Assembly: GCA_039679675.1 (NCBI GenBank)
Contig: JBDKUN010000003.1
Span: forward strand, 1 to 64,000
DNA length: 64,000 bases
DNA from: Armatimonadota bacterium
GTDB taxonomy: Bacteria; Armatimonadota; UBA5829; DTLH01
Direction: 5' to 3'
A program made the translations under genes and the position numbers. This document shows, piece by piece, positions 20,584 to 30,805 of this stretch (position 1 is the stretch's first letter; each line of letters begins with the position of its first letter). The notes under the pieces were generated by a model. That model was given only the letters and a program-made list of their open reading frames with translations, made no database searches and was not told the DNA's origin.

Positions 20584-20990
20584 TTGTAACCCCCGTAACG
20601 CCAGTAATAGTCTCCCGGAGTATCTCCGGTGTGAATGGTTTATGCACGAACTCTGCTCCTTTTTTCTGAAGCATCTCGATGCGGGTCTCGCTGCTTTCGG
20701 TGGATACGACTACCACCGGAAGGTCAGATATTCCAGGGTCCTGCCTCACCTTGTCGATCATCTCTTCTCCGCTCATCACAGGCATGTTGATGTCGACAAG
20801 AGCAAGGTCCACCCAGTTGTCTTCCAGGACCTGCAGCCCCTCCTGCCCGTTCGAAGCCTGGTATATCTCGCCGAGCTCCAGTCCGCTCAGACGCAGTGTT
20901 TTTATAATCATAGTGCGCATTACCAAACTATCGTCTACCACCAAAATATTGAGCGCCATATGCTAATCCTTTTCCTTTCCGATTCAGACG

Positions 20991-21473
20991 CTAAAGTACC
21001 CTAGTGCCGCCGTTGGCCTTAATGGTCACTTCGCCGGTCTCAATATCCAAGGTCAGAGTCCTTGATTCTGAGCCGCCGACATCTTCGGCCTTCAGGAGCA
21101 CGCCATTTTTCCACAAGAGTTTTCTCAACATAATGAAGTTTCTTTTGCCGATCTGAAAGTAGTCATCTTTATCAGAGCCATGCAGGCAAGCACCTCCTGC
21201 AACCTTGACTATCAGTCTCTGTTTTACCGCGCCGGCTTTGTAGGATTCGATGAACAGTCTCGGTACGCCTGTGTCGACGAACATGTATGGGTTAGCTTTG
21301 GCTTTCTCCGTATCAATCGTTGAAAGCGGCAGCATTACATGCAGTAGTCCCCCAACTTTGGCAACCGGATCATATACAGTGATCCCCAGGCAGCTCCCCA
21401 GGGCATGGGTCACTATCTGATCTCCTGCATCGCCGGAAATCTTCATATCGGCAACACCTACTATATATTTCAC
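20991..21473 (-). CDS. cheD: Chemoreceptor glutamine deamidase CheD
   Basis: ALGSCLG, GLLHVMLP, IGKRN and DVGG motifs. Confidence 0.94.
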   Translation of the reverse strand: MKYIVGVADMKISGDAGDQIVTHALGSCLGITVYDPVAKVGGLLHVMLPLSTIDTEKAKANPYMFVDTGVPRLFIESYKAGAVKQRLIVKVAGGACLHGSDKDDYFQIGKRNFIMLRKLLWKNGVLLKAEDVGGSESRTLTLDIETGEVTIKANGGTRVL

Positions 21474-21579
21474 GTTTAGCTCCTTATAGGTTTCCGGCTG
21501 GCCGTATGCTGGCTGCGCCAGAAATCTCCCTGGGAGTTTCAGGTATATCTCACACCTTAAACTCTTATATATTTCGGTA

Positions 21580-22434
21580 TTACTTTACATAAAGCGCTGG
21601 CTGTACGTACTTAAATTCGTGTGATGTTGATGTAAGACTCTCGGAATGCCCGACGAACAGATAACCTCCAGGTCTTAACATCTCCCAATACCTGCGGACC
21701 AGGTCCTGCTGAGTCGGTTTGTCGAAATAGATCATGACATTCCGACAGAAGATCACGTCAAATGGCCCGCTCATAGGCCATTGGTCCATAAGATTGAGTC
21801 TGGCAAACCGGATCATCGACCTTACATTGTCATTTACCTTGTAAATACGTACAGGTTTAGTCTGTGTGCAGGTAAAATACTTCCTCACCAGGTCGGCAGG
21901 AACATCCTGCAGTGTATCCTTGTTGTATAGTGCTTCTTTGGCTGCCTCGAGCACTTTGGAGGAGATGTCCGTAGCGAGTATACGCACATCCATTTTGCCG
22001 ATATCAGGAAATGTTTCTCTGATGACCATGGAAAGTGTATATGGCTCTTCTCCTGATGAACATCCAGCGCTCCATATTCTCATCCTGTTGCTCTCGGCCT
22101 TGAGCGCCGGCAGTATATGCTTCTGGAGGTAATCGAAGTGCTGTGATTCCCTGAAAAAGCTGGTCTTGTTGGTAGTCAGCGAATCGATCATTATGGACAG
22201 TTCCTTGCCTGACCGGTCATGTTCCAGGTAGTCCATATATTCTTCGAAACTGTTCACTCCAAGCAGCCGCAGGCGCTTTGCGAGTCTCGCCTTTACCAGT
22301 ATTTCCTTGCCGAGATGCAGGTTGATCCTGCACAGCTTGTATACTATATCGCTGATTCTCTCGAACTGTGCTTGAGTCAGCTCAAGCGACATTAACTCAG
22401 TCTTGTTTTCGCATTCTATCGTAGTCAATTCCAT
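21580..22434 (-). CDS. cheR: Chemotaxis methyltransferase CheR
   Basis: TTNKTSFFRE, WSAGCSSGEEPY and DVIFCRNVMIYF motifs. Confidence 0.96.
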   Translation of the reverse strand: MELTTIECENKTELMSLELTQAQFERISDIVYKLCRINLHLGKEILVKARLAKRLRLLGVNSFEEYMDYLEHDRSGKELSIMIDSLTTNKTSFFRESQHFDYLQKHILPALKAESNRMRIWSAGCSSGEEPYTLSMVIRETFPDIGKMDVRILATDISSKVLEAAKEALYNKDTLQDVPADLVRKYFTCTQTKPVRIYKVNDNVRSMIRFARLNLMDQWPMSGPFDVIFCRNVMIYFDKPTQQDLVRRYWEMLRPGGYLFVGHSESLTSTSHEFKYVQPALYVK

Positions 22435-22435
22435 A

Positions 22436-24166
22436 TCATGCTGCCTCGCTGTTGACCATACAGAGTAGATGGTTAGGTCTATTCAAAAACTGCAGGAACT
22501 CATCGGGAGGAATCGGCCTGCTGACGAAATACCCCTGCATCTCGTCACAATTGAGCGACCGTAAAAACTCAAGCTGCTGAAGTGTTTCTACTCCTTCAGC
22601 TATTACATTCAGCTTGAGGCTGTGAGCCATTGCAACGACCGCTCCCGCTATCGCCGCATCGTCCGGATCCGTCGTAATGTCTCTCACGAACGATTGGTCT
22701 ATCTTGACGGTATTTACCGGGAAACGCTTCAGGTAACCAAGAGACGAGTGGCCGATCCCGAAGTCGTCCAGAGATATCCGAACGCCCAGTTCTCTCAGCT
22801 CGTTGAGCGCCCTTGTGGCCTGATCAGGATTGCGCATAAGCGCGGTTTCAGTCAATTCGAGCTCCAGGTAGTGCGGTTCGAGCCCGGTTGACTTAAGAGC
22901 GTCTTTCACAATCCATACCAGGTCGTTCTGGTGGAACTGCCGGGCAGAGATGTTTACTGCAACAGGGAGTGTAGCCAGTCCCGCATCATGCCATTTCTTA
23001 TTCTGAGCACAGGCTGTTCTGAGCACCCACTCTCCGATCTGGACGATCAGCCCGGTTTCCTCAGCCAGCGGGATGAACTGTGCGGGATATACAAGTCCGA
23101 CCTCAGGCTTCTGCCATCTGATGAGTGCTTCCATCCCCATAATCTCGCCGTCTTTGATGTTTACTCTGGGCTGATAATGAACTACGAATTCCGAGCGTTC
23201 CAGCGCTTTCCGCAGGCTGTTCTCAAGTGTCATACGTTTGAGAATGGCCGTGTTCAACGTTTCCGTATAGAACTGGTAGTTGTTTCTGCCCATCTCTTTC
23301 GCGCGGTACATCGCCGTATCCGCATTTTTTACGAGTGTTTCGGCGTTATCTCCATCGGTTGGAAATATGCTGATCCCTATGCTTCCGGAGATAACCATTT
23401 CCTGGCCTTCGAGCACAATCGGTTCTGAAAGGACTTTCAGAACGCGGTCGGCAATCCTGGATGCATCGTCAGGTGAGTTGATGCTAGACAGTATCATTGT
23501 GAACTCGTCGCCACCCATCCGGGCAATCGTGTCTACATCCCTGAGCGAGTAAGTGAGCCTTTCCGCGACCTTTTTAAGCAGAAGATCACCGGTATTATGG
23601 CCGAGTGTGTCGTTTACCATCTTGAACCGGTCCAGATCGAGAAACATGATAGCGAGCGGCTGCCCTGTTTTCCGTGCAGTGGCAAGTCCATGGTTCAGCC
23701 GGTCGCCAAACAGGAGCCTGTTCGGAAGGCCGATGAGCGGGTCGTGCGTCGCCTGCTCATGAAGCGCTACTTTGGTCGAAAGGAGTTCCTCCTGAAGATC
23801 GATTATCCGTTGTCCGGCTCGCAGCCGCACTTTGAGCTCACCCGCGTCAAATGGTTTCATAACATAATCGTCCGCGCCCGAATCCAGACCGTCGATTATG
23901 TCCTGCTTGCGGCTTTTAGCTGTGAGCAGGATGACATAAATATAAGGCAGATCATCCTGCCGTCTTATCTCACGGCAAACCTGTGTGCCATCCGCATAAG
24001 GCATCATCCAGTCGAGTATCGCCAGCCGGGGAGTGTCCTCGTTTCGGAGCACCGACAAAGCCTGTTTTCCATCGCAGGTAATTACAGGCTCGTATCCCCA
24101 TTTTTCTAGTAGTGTTGCAAGCAGCTTACGGGAAACAACGTCATCCTCAGCTATCAGAACTCTCAT
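22436..24166 (-). CDS. REC-GGDEF-EAL diguanylate cyclase/phosphodiesterase
   Basis: REC (LDWMMP); RxxD I-site (RDVD) five residues before an intact GGDEF; intact EAL and DDFG motifs. Confidence 0.95.
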   Translation of the reverse strand: MRVLIAEDDVVSRKLLATLLEKWGYEPVITCDGKQALSVLRNEDTPRLAILDWMMPYADGTQVCREIRRQDDLPYIYVILLTAKSRKQDIIDGLDSGADDYVMKPFDAGELKVRLRAGQRIIDLQEELLSTKVALHEQATHDPLIGLPNRLLFGDRLNHGLATARKTGQPLAIMFLDLDRFKMVNDTLGHNTGDLLLKKVAERLTYSLRDVDTIARMGGDEFTMILSSINSPDDASRIADRVLKVLSEPIVLEGQEMVISGSIGISIFPTDGDNAETLVKNADTAMYRAKEMGRNNYQFYTETLNTAILKRMTLENSLRKALERSEFVVHYQPRVNIKDGEIMGMEALIRWQKPEVGLVYPAQFIPLAEETGLIVQIGEWVLRTACAQNKKWHDAGLATLPVAVNISARQFHQNDLVWIVKDALKSTGLEPHYLELELTETALMRNPDQATRALNELRELGVRISLDDFGIGHSSLGYLKRFPVNTVKIDQSFVRDITTDPDDAAIAGAVVAMAHSLKLNVIAEGVETLQQLEFLRSLNCDEMQGYFVSRPIPPDEFLQFLNRPNHLLCMVNSEAA

Positions 24167-27100
24167 GCTGCCTCCTTTCGCACAAAGGGGGAAAGCGCCG
24201 ACTTGAGTCGTTCCAGGCTGTCGTCCAAGTGCCTGTATGCTTCATCCACACCAGTTATATTATTGGAGCGCCCTATCTGTTCCACTGCCAGTGCAGCTTC
24301 ATAGGTTTCCCCGGTCGTGAAATTGCCGATAGAGCCCTTAATGGTATGTGCCGCGCGCTCCACGCTTTTATTGTCGGCACTGTCTATCGCGTTCTTCAAT
24401 TCACTCATAAGCTTTGGGTAGTCTTCAAGAAACAGGTCTGTTATCTCCGACAAAAGATCTTTGTCGCCGCCGACTCTTTCCATTAGTGCTTCGACATCCA
24501 CAATTCCTTCGGAGAGCTCAACACATATGTTATCATCGACAGCATTCTGATTTTGCGGGCTAGCCGGCGCCAGTTTATCGATTATCTGCAGCATTACTTT
24601 TGTATCTATCGGTTTTGTCAGATAATCGTCCATACCGGCTTCCAGACAGCGCTCACGGTCGCCTTTCATGGCATGGGCAGTCATTGCGACAATGGGTATA
24701 TGCTTACCTGAGACTTTTTCCGCTTTACGTATCGCGGCTGTAGCTTTGAAACCATCCATGACCGGCATCTGGACATCCATCAGCACGATGTCAAAGCTCG
24801 AATTTTCCAAAACGGCAAGCGCCTCTTCGCCGTTTTCGGCGGTAGTTACGCTGTGTCCGGCTTTTTCCAGAATACGAAGCGCCAGCTTGCGGTTTACAGG
24901 ATTATCCTCCACCAAAAGGATAGTCCTGCCATGCTTGTAGCCTTCCATACCGGTTTTGGCTTCCTCGGTGCGGCTTTCGGGAATATCAGAGCTGCCGATA
25001 ACGGACACTATCCGGTCCATCAGGTCCGATTGTCTTATCGGTTTGATCAGATGAGCTGCAATTCCAATCTCTCTGCATCGTCTTGAGTCACCGCATCGGT
25101 CACTCGATGTCAGCATCATTATTGTCGTCTCGGTGAACTTCGGATTATTTTTGATTTCCTCCGCTACGGCGAAGCCATCCATCTCAGGCATCTGAGCATC
25201 GAGCAGCACAAGCGCGAACGGTCTGCCGCCGTCACTCGCGGCATTCATGATTTCGAGCGCCTTACTGCCGCTGTCTGCAACCACCGGGCGCATCTGCCAG
25301 TTTGCAAGCATTTCCTGAAGGATTCTTCTGTTGGTCTCATTATCATCGACAACCAGCACGGACAGACCTTCAAGAGCTACTGCAGGTTTCAGCATGACGG
25401 CGGTTCTGGACTTTTGAATTCCTAAACGAACATTGAAGTGGAATGTGCTCCCTTTTCCAACTGCGCTTTCTACCCATATACGGCCGCCCATGAGTTGAAC
25501 CAATCTGGACGATATGGCAAGACCCAGACCTGTGCCTCCGTACTTGCGTGTTGTTGAACTGTCAGCCTGCTCGAATGCTCCGAATATCGATTTGAGCTTA
25601 TTTCGAGAAATACCGATTCCGGTATCCCGGACTGACAGATGCAGCACAGTTTCCTCATCCGACTGCGATTCCGTCTCTACACGGACCACCACTTCGCCGT
25701 ATTCAGTGAACTTGATGGCATTGCCTACAAGGTTGACCAGGATTTGCCGTAGCCGGTTCGGATCACCGACCAGGAACCCCGGAACATCAGGTGGAATGTC
25801 ACACAATAGCTCCAGATTCTTCTGATGCGCTCTGACAGCAAGAGCTGTGGCAGTGCCTTCAACGACCTCTCTCAAGTCGAATTCGGTCGAATCTATATCC
25901 AACCGCCCTGCCTCTATCTTAGAGAAGTCCAGAATATCGTTCAGCAGCGAGAGAAGCGAGTCTGCGGAGGTCTTTACGGCCGTCAGATACTCTCTCTGCT
26001 CAGGTGCAAGGCTGGTATCGAGAGCGAGCTCGGTCATACCTATGATCCCGTTCATAGGAGTCCTGATCTCGTGGCTCATGTTGGCTAGAAATTCACTCTT
26101 TGCTCTGTTTGCCGATTCAGCGGTCTCTTTCGCTTTCTGCAGTTCCTCTTCGATCTTTTTGTGCTTCGTTATATCGATAAATATGCCGACAAACTGCTGA
26201 ATATCTTCGCCAAAGTTAGTAATGCCATTAAACTGCATGTGCAGCGACATCCGTGAACCATCGGATCTGTGGCAATCCACTTCCAGGGTAGGCTGTTTTC
26301 CCTCCAGCACCTGTTCTATGGTAAAATCCAGTTCTGGACGGGCGACATCGGGTATGACATCGCTCAGCTTTTTACCGACTATATTCTCCTCAGTCCAGCC
26401 GAGGTTTTTGCAGCCTGATTTATTGATGGTCTTGCAATAACCTTCCTTGTCAAACAGCAGCACACCGTTTGGTGAACACTCTACCAGTCCAAGGTGATAT
26501 TGCTCTGAAGCTGCCGTGCGCAAATAGCTCTCTCTTGTATTGTGCAAGATCAAAGAGAACGTGATTATAACTATGCAAAGCAGAAATACCATGATGATTG
26601 CGTAAAGCCTTCGCTCTGCACATGCAGCCATCAGTGAATCGGCACTGATATCGAGGCACATAAACCCCGCAAGGTGGTGATTGGCCGTATATATTGGAAC
26701 GAGCCCCGTTATCCATGTGCCCCAGCGGTCTGTATACGGTCCTTTTACAATTGTCCTCGGCCTGCCAAACAGTGGCTTAACCCAGGCGGCAGCATCTTCA
26801 TAGACTGTTCCAGGTATCATATAGTCGTCTGTGCCATAAATTCCGGAATCGGCAAGAAATACTACCTTTCCGTTATGCATGCCCAGGACATAGGAGTAGT
26901 GAACATCGGAATTTACCTGTTCTATGTACCTCAAGTGTCTGTATATCTGCCAGTATCCTTTTTTGCGCATGTCGGACTTATTGCCCGAAAGTTTTGAGAG
27001 CGATTCGAGTTCCATAGCGGACGCTACAGTCCGGGTACGGGCTATAAGAATACTTCGGATTTCTTTATCCCTTAGGTTTCCCCAATAGGCGGTGAAGAAC

Positions 27101-27858
27101 CAGCCTGCTATCAACACTATGGTCATGGCAAGCATAGTCCAACTGCCGATTTTCAGCCGGTCATTTGCATCCAGTCCGCCATGGCCACCCAGTTCTTCGG
27201 GCTTATGACGAAAGCTGATAGCCGCCGCTGTACAAATGGCTGTCAGTGCGAATGAAATATCTACAATGCTTGGGAAAAAGGTCTCAGCGGATGCCTTGCT
27301 TGCGAGTATCACTGAAAGGGACTGAAACCCCGGAACAGCCAGGCATGTTATGATGCTGCAGCCGCAAAACCCCACTCCAAGCCAGGCGAATATCTTGCCG
27401 GGCCTTGTAGAGTTTTTATACGCAAGAAGAAGGACTGTTGATGTCCATACCGCGCCAATCGGCCCCAGCATTCGTTCGGCCATAGTCTCCAGCCCAAGCC
27501 AACTGTGTCTGCAGCCGATAGCGGTAACTACTAAAAGCGGGATCAGTATCCAGCGTCCGGGGCCTTTGCCGCTGATGCTGACAGTGCCAGCCCTGCCGAA
27601 TTCGATAAGATACAGCATGGATATCAGCATCATGAAAATCCGCACAGCCAGTGCTTCATTTCCGATGCGTGGGAAGTTAGTGAAAAGCCCCACCCAGGAC
27701 CCAAGCGCGTACGTCAATGAAAAGATCGCCAGATAAGCCCATGGCAAGCGAGGTTTGTCTGCATTTCTGGAATAAATACAGACAAGCGCCAGTATAAGAA
27801 ATGCAATACCCTTCAGAAAGTGGATATAGTCGATCTGCGTAACTATGAAGTTAGTCAT
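24163..27858 (-). CDS. Membrane hybrid histidine kinase (multi-TM, extracytoplasmic Cache-like, PAS, HisKA, HATPase, REC, REC, Hpt)
   Basis: NMSHEIRTPMN, NAIKFT and GGTGLGL motifs; two receiver domains; AHTIKGS Hpt. Confidence 0.94.
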   Translation of the reverse strand: MTNFIVTQIDYIHFLKGIAFLILALVCIYSRNADKPRLPWAYLAIFSLTYALGSWVGLFTNFPRIGNEALAVRIFMMLISMLYLIEFGRAGTVSISGKGPGRWILIPLLVVTAIGCRHSWLGLETMAERMLGPIGAVWTSTVLLLAYKNSTRPGKIFAWLGVGFCGCSIITCLAVPGFQSLSVILASKASAETFFPSIVDISFALTAICTAAAISFRHKPEELGGHGGLDANDRLKIGSWTMLAMTIVLIAGWFFTAYWGNLRDKEIRSILIARTRTVASAMELESLSKLSGNKSDMRKKGYWQIYRHLRYIEQVNSDVHYSYVLGMHNGKVVFLADSGIYGTDDYMIPGTVYEDAAAWVKPLFGRPRTIVKGPYTDRWGTWITGLVPIYTANHHLAGFMCLDISADSLMAACAERRLYAIIMVFLLCIVIITFSLILHNTRESYLRTAASEQYHLGLVECSPNGVLLFDKEGYCKTINKSGCKNLGWTEENIVGKKLSDVIPDVARPELDFTIEQVLEGKQPTLEVDCHRSDGSRMSLHMQFNGITNFGEDIQQFVGIFIDITKHKKIEEELQKAKETAESANRAKSEFLANMSHEIRTPMNGIIGMTELALDTSLAPEQREYLTAVKTSADSLLSLLNDILDFSKIEAGRLDIDSTEFDLREVVEGTATALAVRAHQKNLELLCDIPPDVPGFLVGDPNRLRQILVNLVGNAIKFTEYGEVVVRVETESQSDEETVLHLSVRDTGIGISRNKLKSIFGAFEQADSSTTRKYGGTGLGLAISSRLVQLMGGRIWVESAVGKGSTFHFNVRLGIQKSRTAVMLKPAVALEGLSVLVVDDNETNRRILQEMLANWQMRPVVADSGSKALEIMNAASDGGRPFALVLLDAQMPEMDGFAVAEEIKNNPKFTETTIMMLTSSDRCGDSRRCREIGIAAHLIKPIRQSDLMDRIVSVIGSSDIPESRTEEAKTGMEGYKHGRTILLVEDNPVNRKLALRILEKAGHSVTTAENGEEALAVLENSSFDIVLMDVQMPVMDGFKATAAIRKAEKVSGKHIPIVAMTAHAMKGDRERCLEAGMDDYLTKPIDTKVMLQIIDKLAPASPQNQNAVDDNICVELSEGIVDVEALMERVGGDKDLLSEITDLFLEDYPKLMSELKNAIDSADNKSVERAAHTIKGSIGNFTTGETYEAALAVEQIGRSNNITGVDEAYRHLDDSLERLKSALSPFVRKEAA

Positions 27859-27904
27859 ACTGTATTACCTTCTCACTGACATGCTTGCGCCAACGCAGGT
27901 CGAT

Positions 27905-27939
27905 TTCCGGATGCCGCAAGTAACTCACGGCATCCGGAA
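27905..27939 (-). terminator. 12-bp hairpin between the MCP and kinase genes
   Basis: TTCCGGATGCCG-N11-CGGCATCCGGAA. Confidence 0.5.
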
Positions 27940-28014
27940 TTTCCACATCAACTCAGTAGGCTACTTCAGATTGTTAACGACTGATCGTATACCGACCATT
28001 GCCGAAACTCATCT

Positions 28015-29901
28015 TTAGAAGCCTTGCAGCACGTCACCGTCATCGTCGAAGGGGATGACCCTGCCTGAGTCACCCATCGATCCATTGCCGTTGCCATTTT
28101 TGCGGACAGCCCCGGCACCTGCCAGGACAGCCTCTTTAGCTTTCTTTTTCTGAGGCGCTGGAACACCAGTATATGCCGAAGGTTTGCCAGTATGCTTGGC
28201 TGAACCAGCTACGCTGTTGCTGATTTTGTAGCTTGCAACCATGCTTTGCATCTCCTCCGCCTGGCTCGACAGCTCCTCTGCGGCACTTGCCGACTCTTCG
28301 GAGTTGGCTGCGTTCTGCTGGGTGATCTGGTCCATCTGGTTTACCGCCACATTGACCTGTTCGATCCCCTGGCTCTGCTGGTCCGATGCCGCTGCTATCT
28401 CGGACATCACTTCACTGACCTTGTTGACCTGCTCATTGATTTCTTCGAGGTTTCTCATGACCTCTGTATTGATCGTTACGCCGCCTTCCGCGTTTCTGAC
28501 TGATTCTTCGATCAGGTTAGCGGTGTTCTTCGCGGCTTCAGCACTTCTCATAGCGAGGTTTCTAACCTCTTCCGCGACGACCGCAAACCCCTTACCGGCA
28601 TCTCCCGCTCTTGCAGCCTCTACGGCAGCGTTAAGAGCAAGCAGGTTCGTCTGGAATGCGATCTCGTCTATAGTCTTGACGATCTTGGCTGTCTCATCGG
28701 ACGACAGCTTGATCTTGTCTATGGCTTCAGACAGCCTGTTCATACTGTCTACGCCCCTGTCGGCAGTAGCGCGCGCTGCTTCGGTAAGGCTTCTAGCCTC
28801 TTTGGCATTGGCTGCGTTCTGCTTCGTCATGGAAGCCATTTCCTGCAGGCTGCTTGAGATCTCCTCAAGTGAGCTTGCCTGTTCGGATGCTCCCTGTGCC
28901 AGAGTCTGGCTTCCGGCGCTGATCTGGTTGGATGCCGATGCCACCTGTTCCGCGCCGACAGCGACCTGCTGGAACCCATCATCGAGGTTCTGGATCAGGT
29001 TGTTAATGCTGTTCTTCATTGCTGCGTAAGCGCCCTGATAGTCGCGTTTGACTCGCGCGGTCAGGTCCTTGCCTGCGGCAGCCTGAAGCGCTGCGCCGCC
29101 GTCTTCTTCGATCAATCCTCGCAATATGCCGATGAACTTTCTGAAGCAGTCGGCCAGTATTCCTGTTTCATCACGCGATGTATGGTCGATTTTCTGGTTT
29201 ATATCGCCGTCCGCGATCTGCACCGCCGCATCGGATATCTTCTTCAGCGGCTCTACGATCATCTTGGCAATTACCACGGCAATGAACAGCCCCATAACAA
29301 CGCCGATTACCAGTACCACGATGACCGCCATTCGTGAAGACGAATAAAGACTGCCAGCTTTCGCACTTGCGCTTTCCCCGCCTTTAACGCTTGCTGCAAT
29401 GAGCTCTTTGGACTTGGATGTCAGTTCCTTGTAGACATTCATCATGTCTACACGCATCATGTCCCTGGCTTCGCTTTTCTTTTCCTGTTGAGACAGCTTC
29501 AGCATTTTGTCATGGAGCGCCAGATATTCAGTTATCAAATCGTTCATCTCTTTATAGAGCTCTTTTTCCTGTTCGGATGACATGAGAGGCTCATATTTCT
29601 TCTCATTTTCTTTGAGTGCTGCCAACCCCTCATCCATGGCCTTCTCATATCCGAGCATATCCTCTTTCTTTTCGGAAAGGATATGCGCAAGCTCTTGGCG
29701 CCGGTAGCCGGATATTTCCGTACCGACTGCAGAAACATACTGCACTCTGGGCATCCAGCTCTTGGCGATTTCCCTGGTGGAATCGTTCAAAACGGCCAGT
29801 TTTGATATGGAAAAAATACCGAGAAAGAGCATAGCTCCGATCAAGATCAGGAATCCTGTCAGAAGCTTCGTCCTGATCTTCAAATCGTAAAACCACTTCA
29901 T
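28015..29901 (-). CDS. Methyl-accepting chemotaxis protein (4HB sensor, HAMP, signalling domain)
   Basis: Two TM segments; [21 protein letters not shown]-terminal VLQGF tether-like pentapeptide. Confidence 0.96.
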   Translation of the reverse strand: MKWFYDLKIRTKLLTGFLILIGAMLFLGIFSISKLAVLNDSTREIAKSWMPRVQYVSAVGTEISGYRRQELAHILSEKKEDMLGYEKAMDEGLAALKENEKKYEPLMSSEQEKELYKEMNDLITEYLALHDKMLKLSQQEKKSEARDMMRVDMMNVYKELTSKSKELIAASVKGGESASAKAGSLYSSSRMAVIVVLVIGVVMGLFIAVVIAKMIVEPLKKISDAAVQIADGDINQKIDHTSRDETGILADCFRKFIGILRGLIEEDGGAALQAAAGKDLTARVKRDYQGAYAAMKNSINNLIQNLDDGFQQVAVGAEQVASASNQISAGSQTLAQGASEQASSLEEISSSLQEMASMTKQNAANAKEARSLTEAARATADRGVDSMNRLSEAIDKIKLSSDETAKIVKTIDEIAFQTNLLALNAAVEAARAGDAGKGFAVVAEEVRNLAMRSAEAAKNTANLIEESVRNAEGGVTINTEVMRNLEEINEQVNKVSEVMSEIAAASDQQSQGIEQVNVAVNQMDQITQQNAANSEESASAAEELSSQAEEMQSMVASYKISNSVAGSAKHTGKPSAYTGVPAPQKKKAKEAVLAGAGAVRKNGNGNGSMGDSGRVIPFDDDGDVLQGF

Positions 29902-30078
29902 TTGTAATCAGCCTCCTTGTGACACCAATGCAACCAACCCCTGTATCGTCCAAATGTATGACCGATACGGGTTTCAGCGGAAGCATTTAGTTAAGCCATT
30001 CCCGCTCCATCCTGTGAACGAGACACCCCATGGCTTTAATTAAAGTGTTTCCGAATCTCTATCGGGAAGATACTTCCA

Positions 30079-30639
30079 TCATGCAGCCATTTGCATGGCT
30101 TCGGGCCAGGCCGAGCCTGCGTTGGCCGCGGAATCGATGAGCGCCACTTCCTGCATCGTAAGGACTCTATCAATATCGAGCAGGAGCTTGACTCTGCCTT
30201 CGGACTTGCCGATACCGAGGATATAGTCCGAATTTACATCGGTCCCGAAGGACGGCGCGTCCTCTATGTCCGAATCTGCTATATCGAGGACTTCAGATAC
30301 CTTGTCCACGATCACTCCGATCTCCAGTCCGCCGGCTTGCACTACTATGATGCAGGTCTCGTCCGTTTGATCGGTCGAGTCCATCGCCAGCTTCAGCCTG
30401 AGGTCTATTATAGGGATCACCTTACCTCTCAGATTGATGACTCCTTTGATAAAACCCGGCGTACGAGGCACGGATGTGATCGGCATCATACCGATTATTT
30501 CGTGCACTTTCAATATTTCGAGCCCGTACTCTTCCCCGGCTAGAAAGAAGGTGAGAAATTTTCCACCCCTGTCTTCGGGGAGCATTTCATCTGCCGGACT
30601 TCTCGATTTAGTCGCGGCAGTCGTGGGTTCACCACTCAT
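30079..30639 (-). CDS. cheW: Chemotaxis coupling protein CheW
   Basis: KFLTFFL and GVINLRGKVIP motifs; ATG at 30639 after a GAGGAGG RBS. Confidence 0.95.
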   Translation of the reverse strand: MSGEPTTAATKSRSPADEMLPEDRGGKFLTFFLAGEEYGLEILKVHEIIGMMPITSVPRTPGFIKGVINLRGKVIPIIDLRLKLAMDSTDQTDETCIIVVQAGGLEIGVIVDKVSEVLDIADSDIEDAPSFGTDVNSDYILGIGKSEGRVKLLLDIDRVLTMQEVALIDSAANAGSAWPEAMQMAA

Positions 30640-30805
30640 TTGCTTTCCTCCTCTTGTTTTTTCGCCGACAGAGAACAAATTCTTCTGTCTGTCGGGTGGA
30701 TTCGCGGCACATCTGTGCCGCAGCTTTGCTCTTGGCGCAGTCCGCCCCATGGGAGGCCTCAAAAGAGGCCTCCCCGGACTACAACCATGGGACTTTGTGA
30801 GTTTT

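Noticed and set aside
28241..29029. Long antisense ORFs (here and at 11622-12446, 60644-61459, 61983-62777)
   Set aside because: Shadow frames of well-supported genes on the opposite strand, with no motifs of their own.
30700..30760. c-di-GMP-I riboswitch (GCAAAGC)
   Set aside because: Lacks the upstream GGCAAAC/GAAA tetraloop arm and the GACGCAAAG context.
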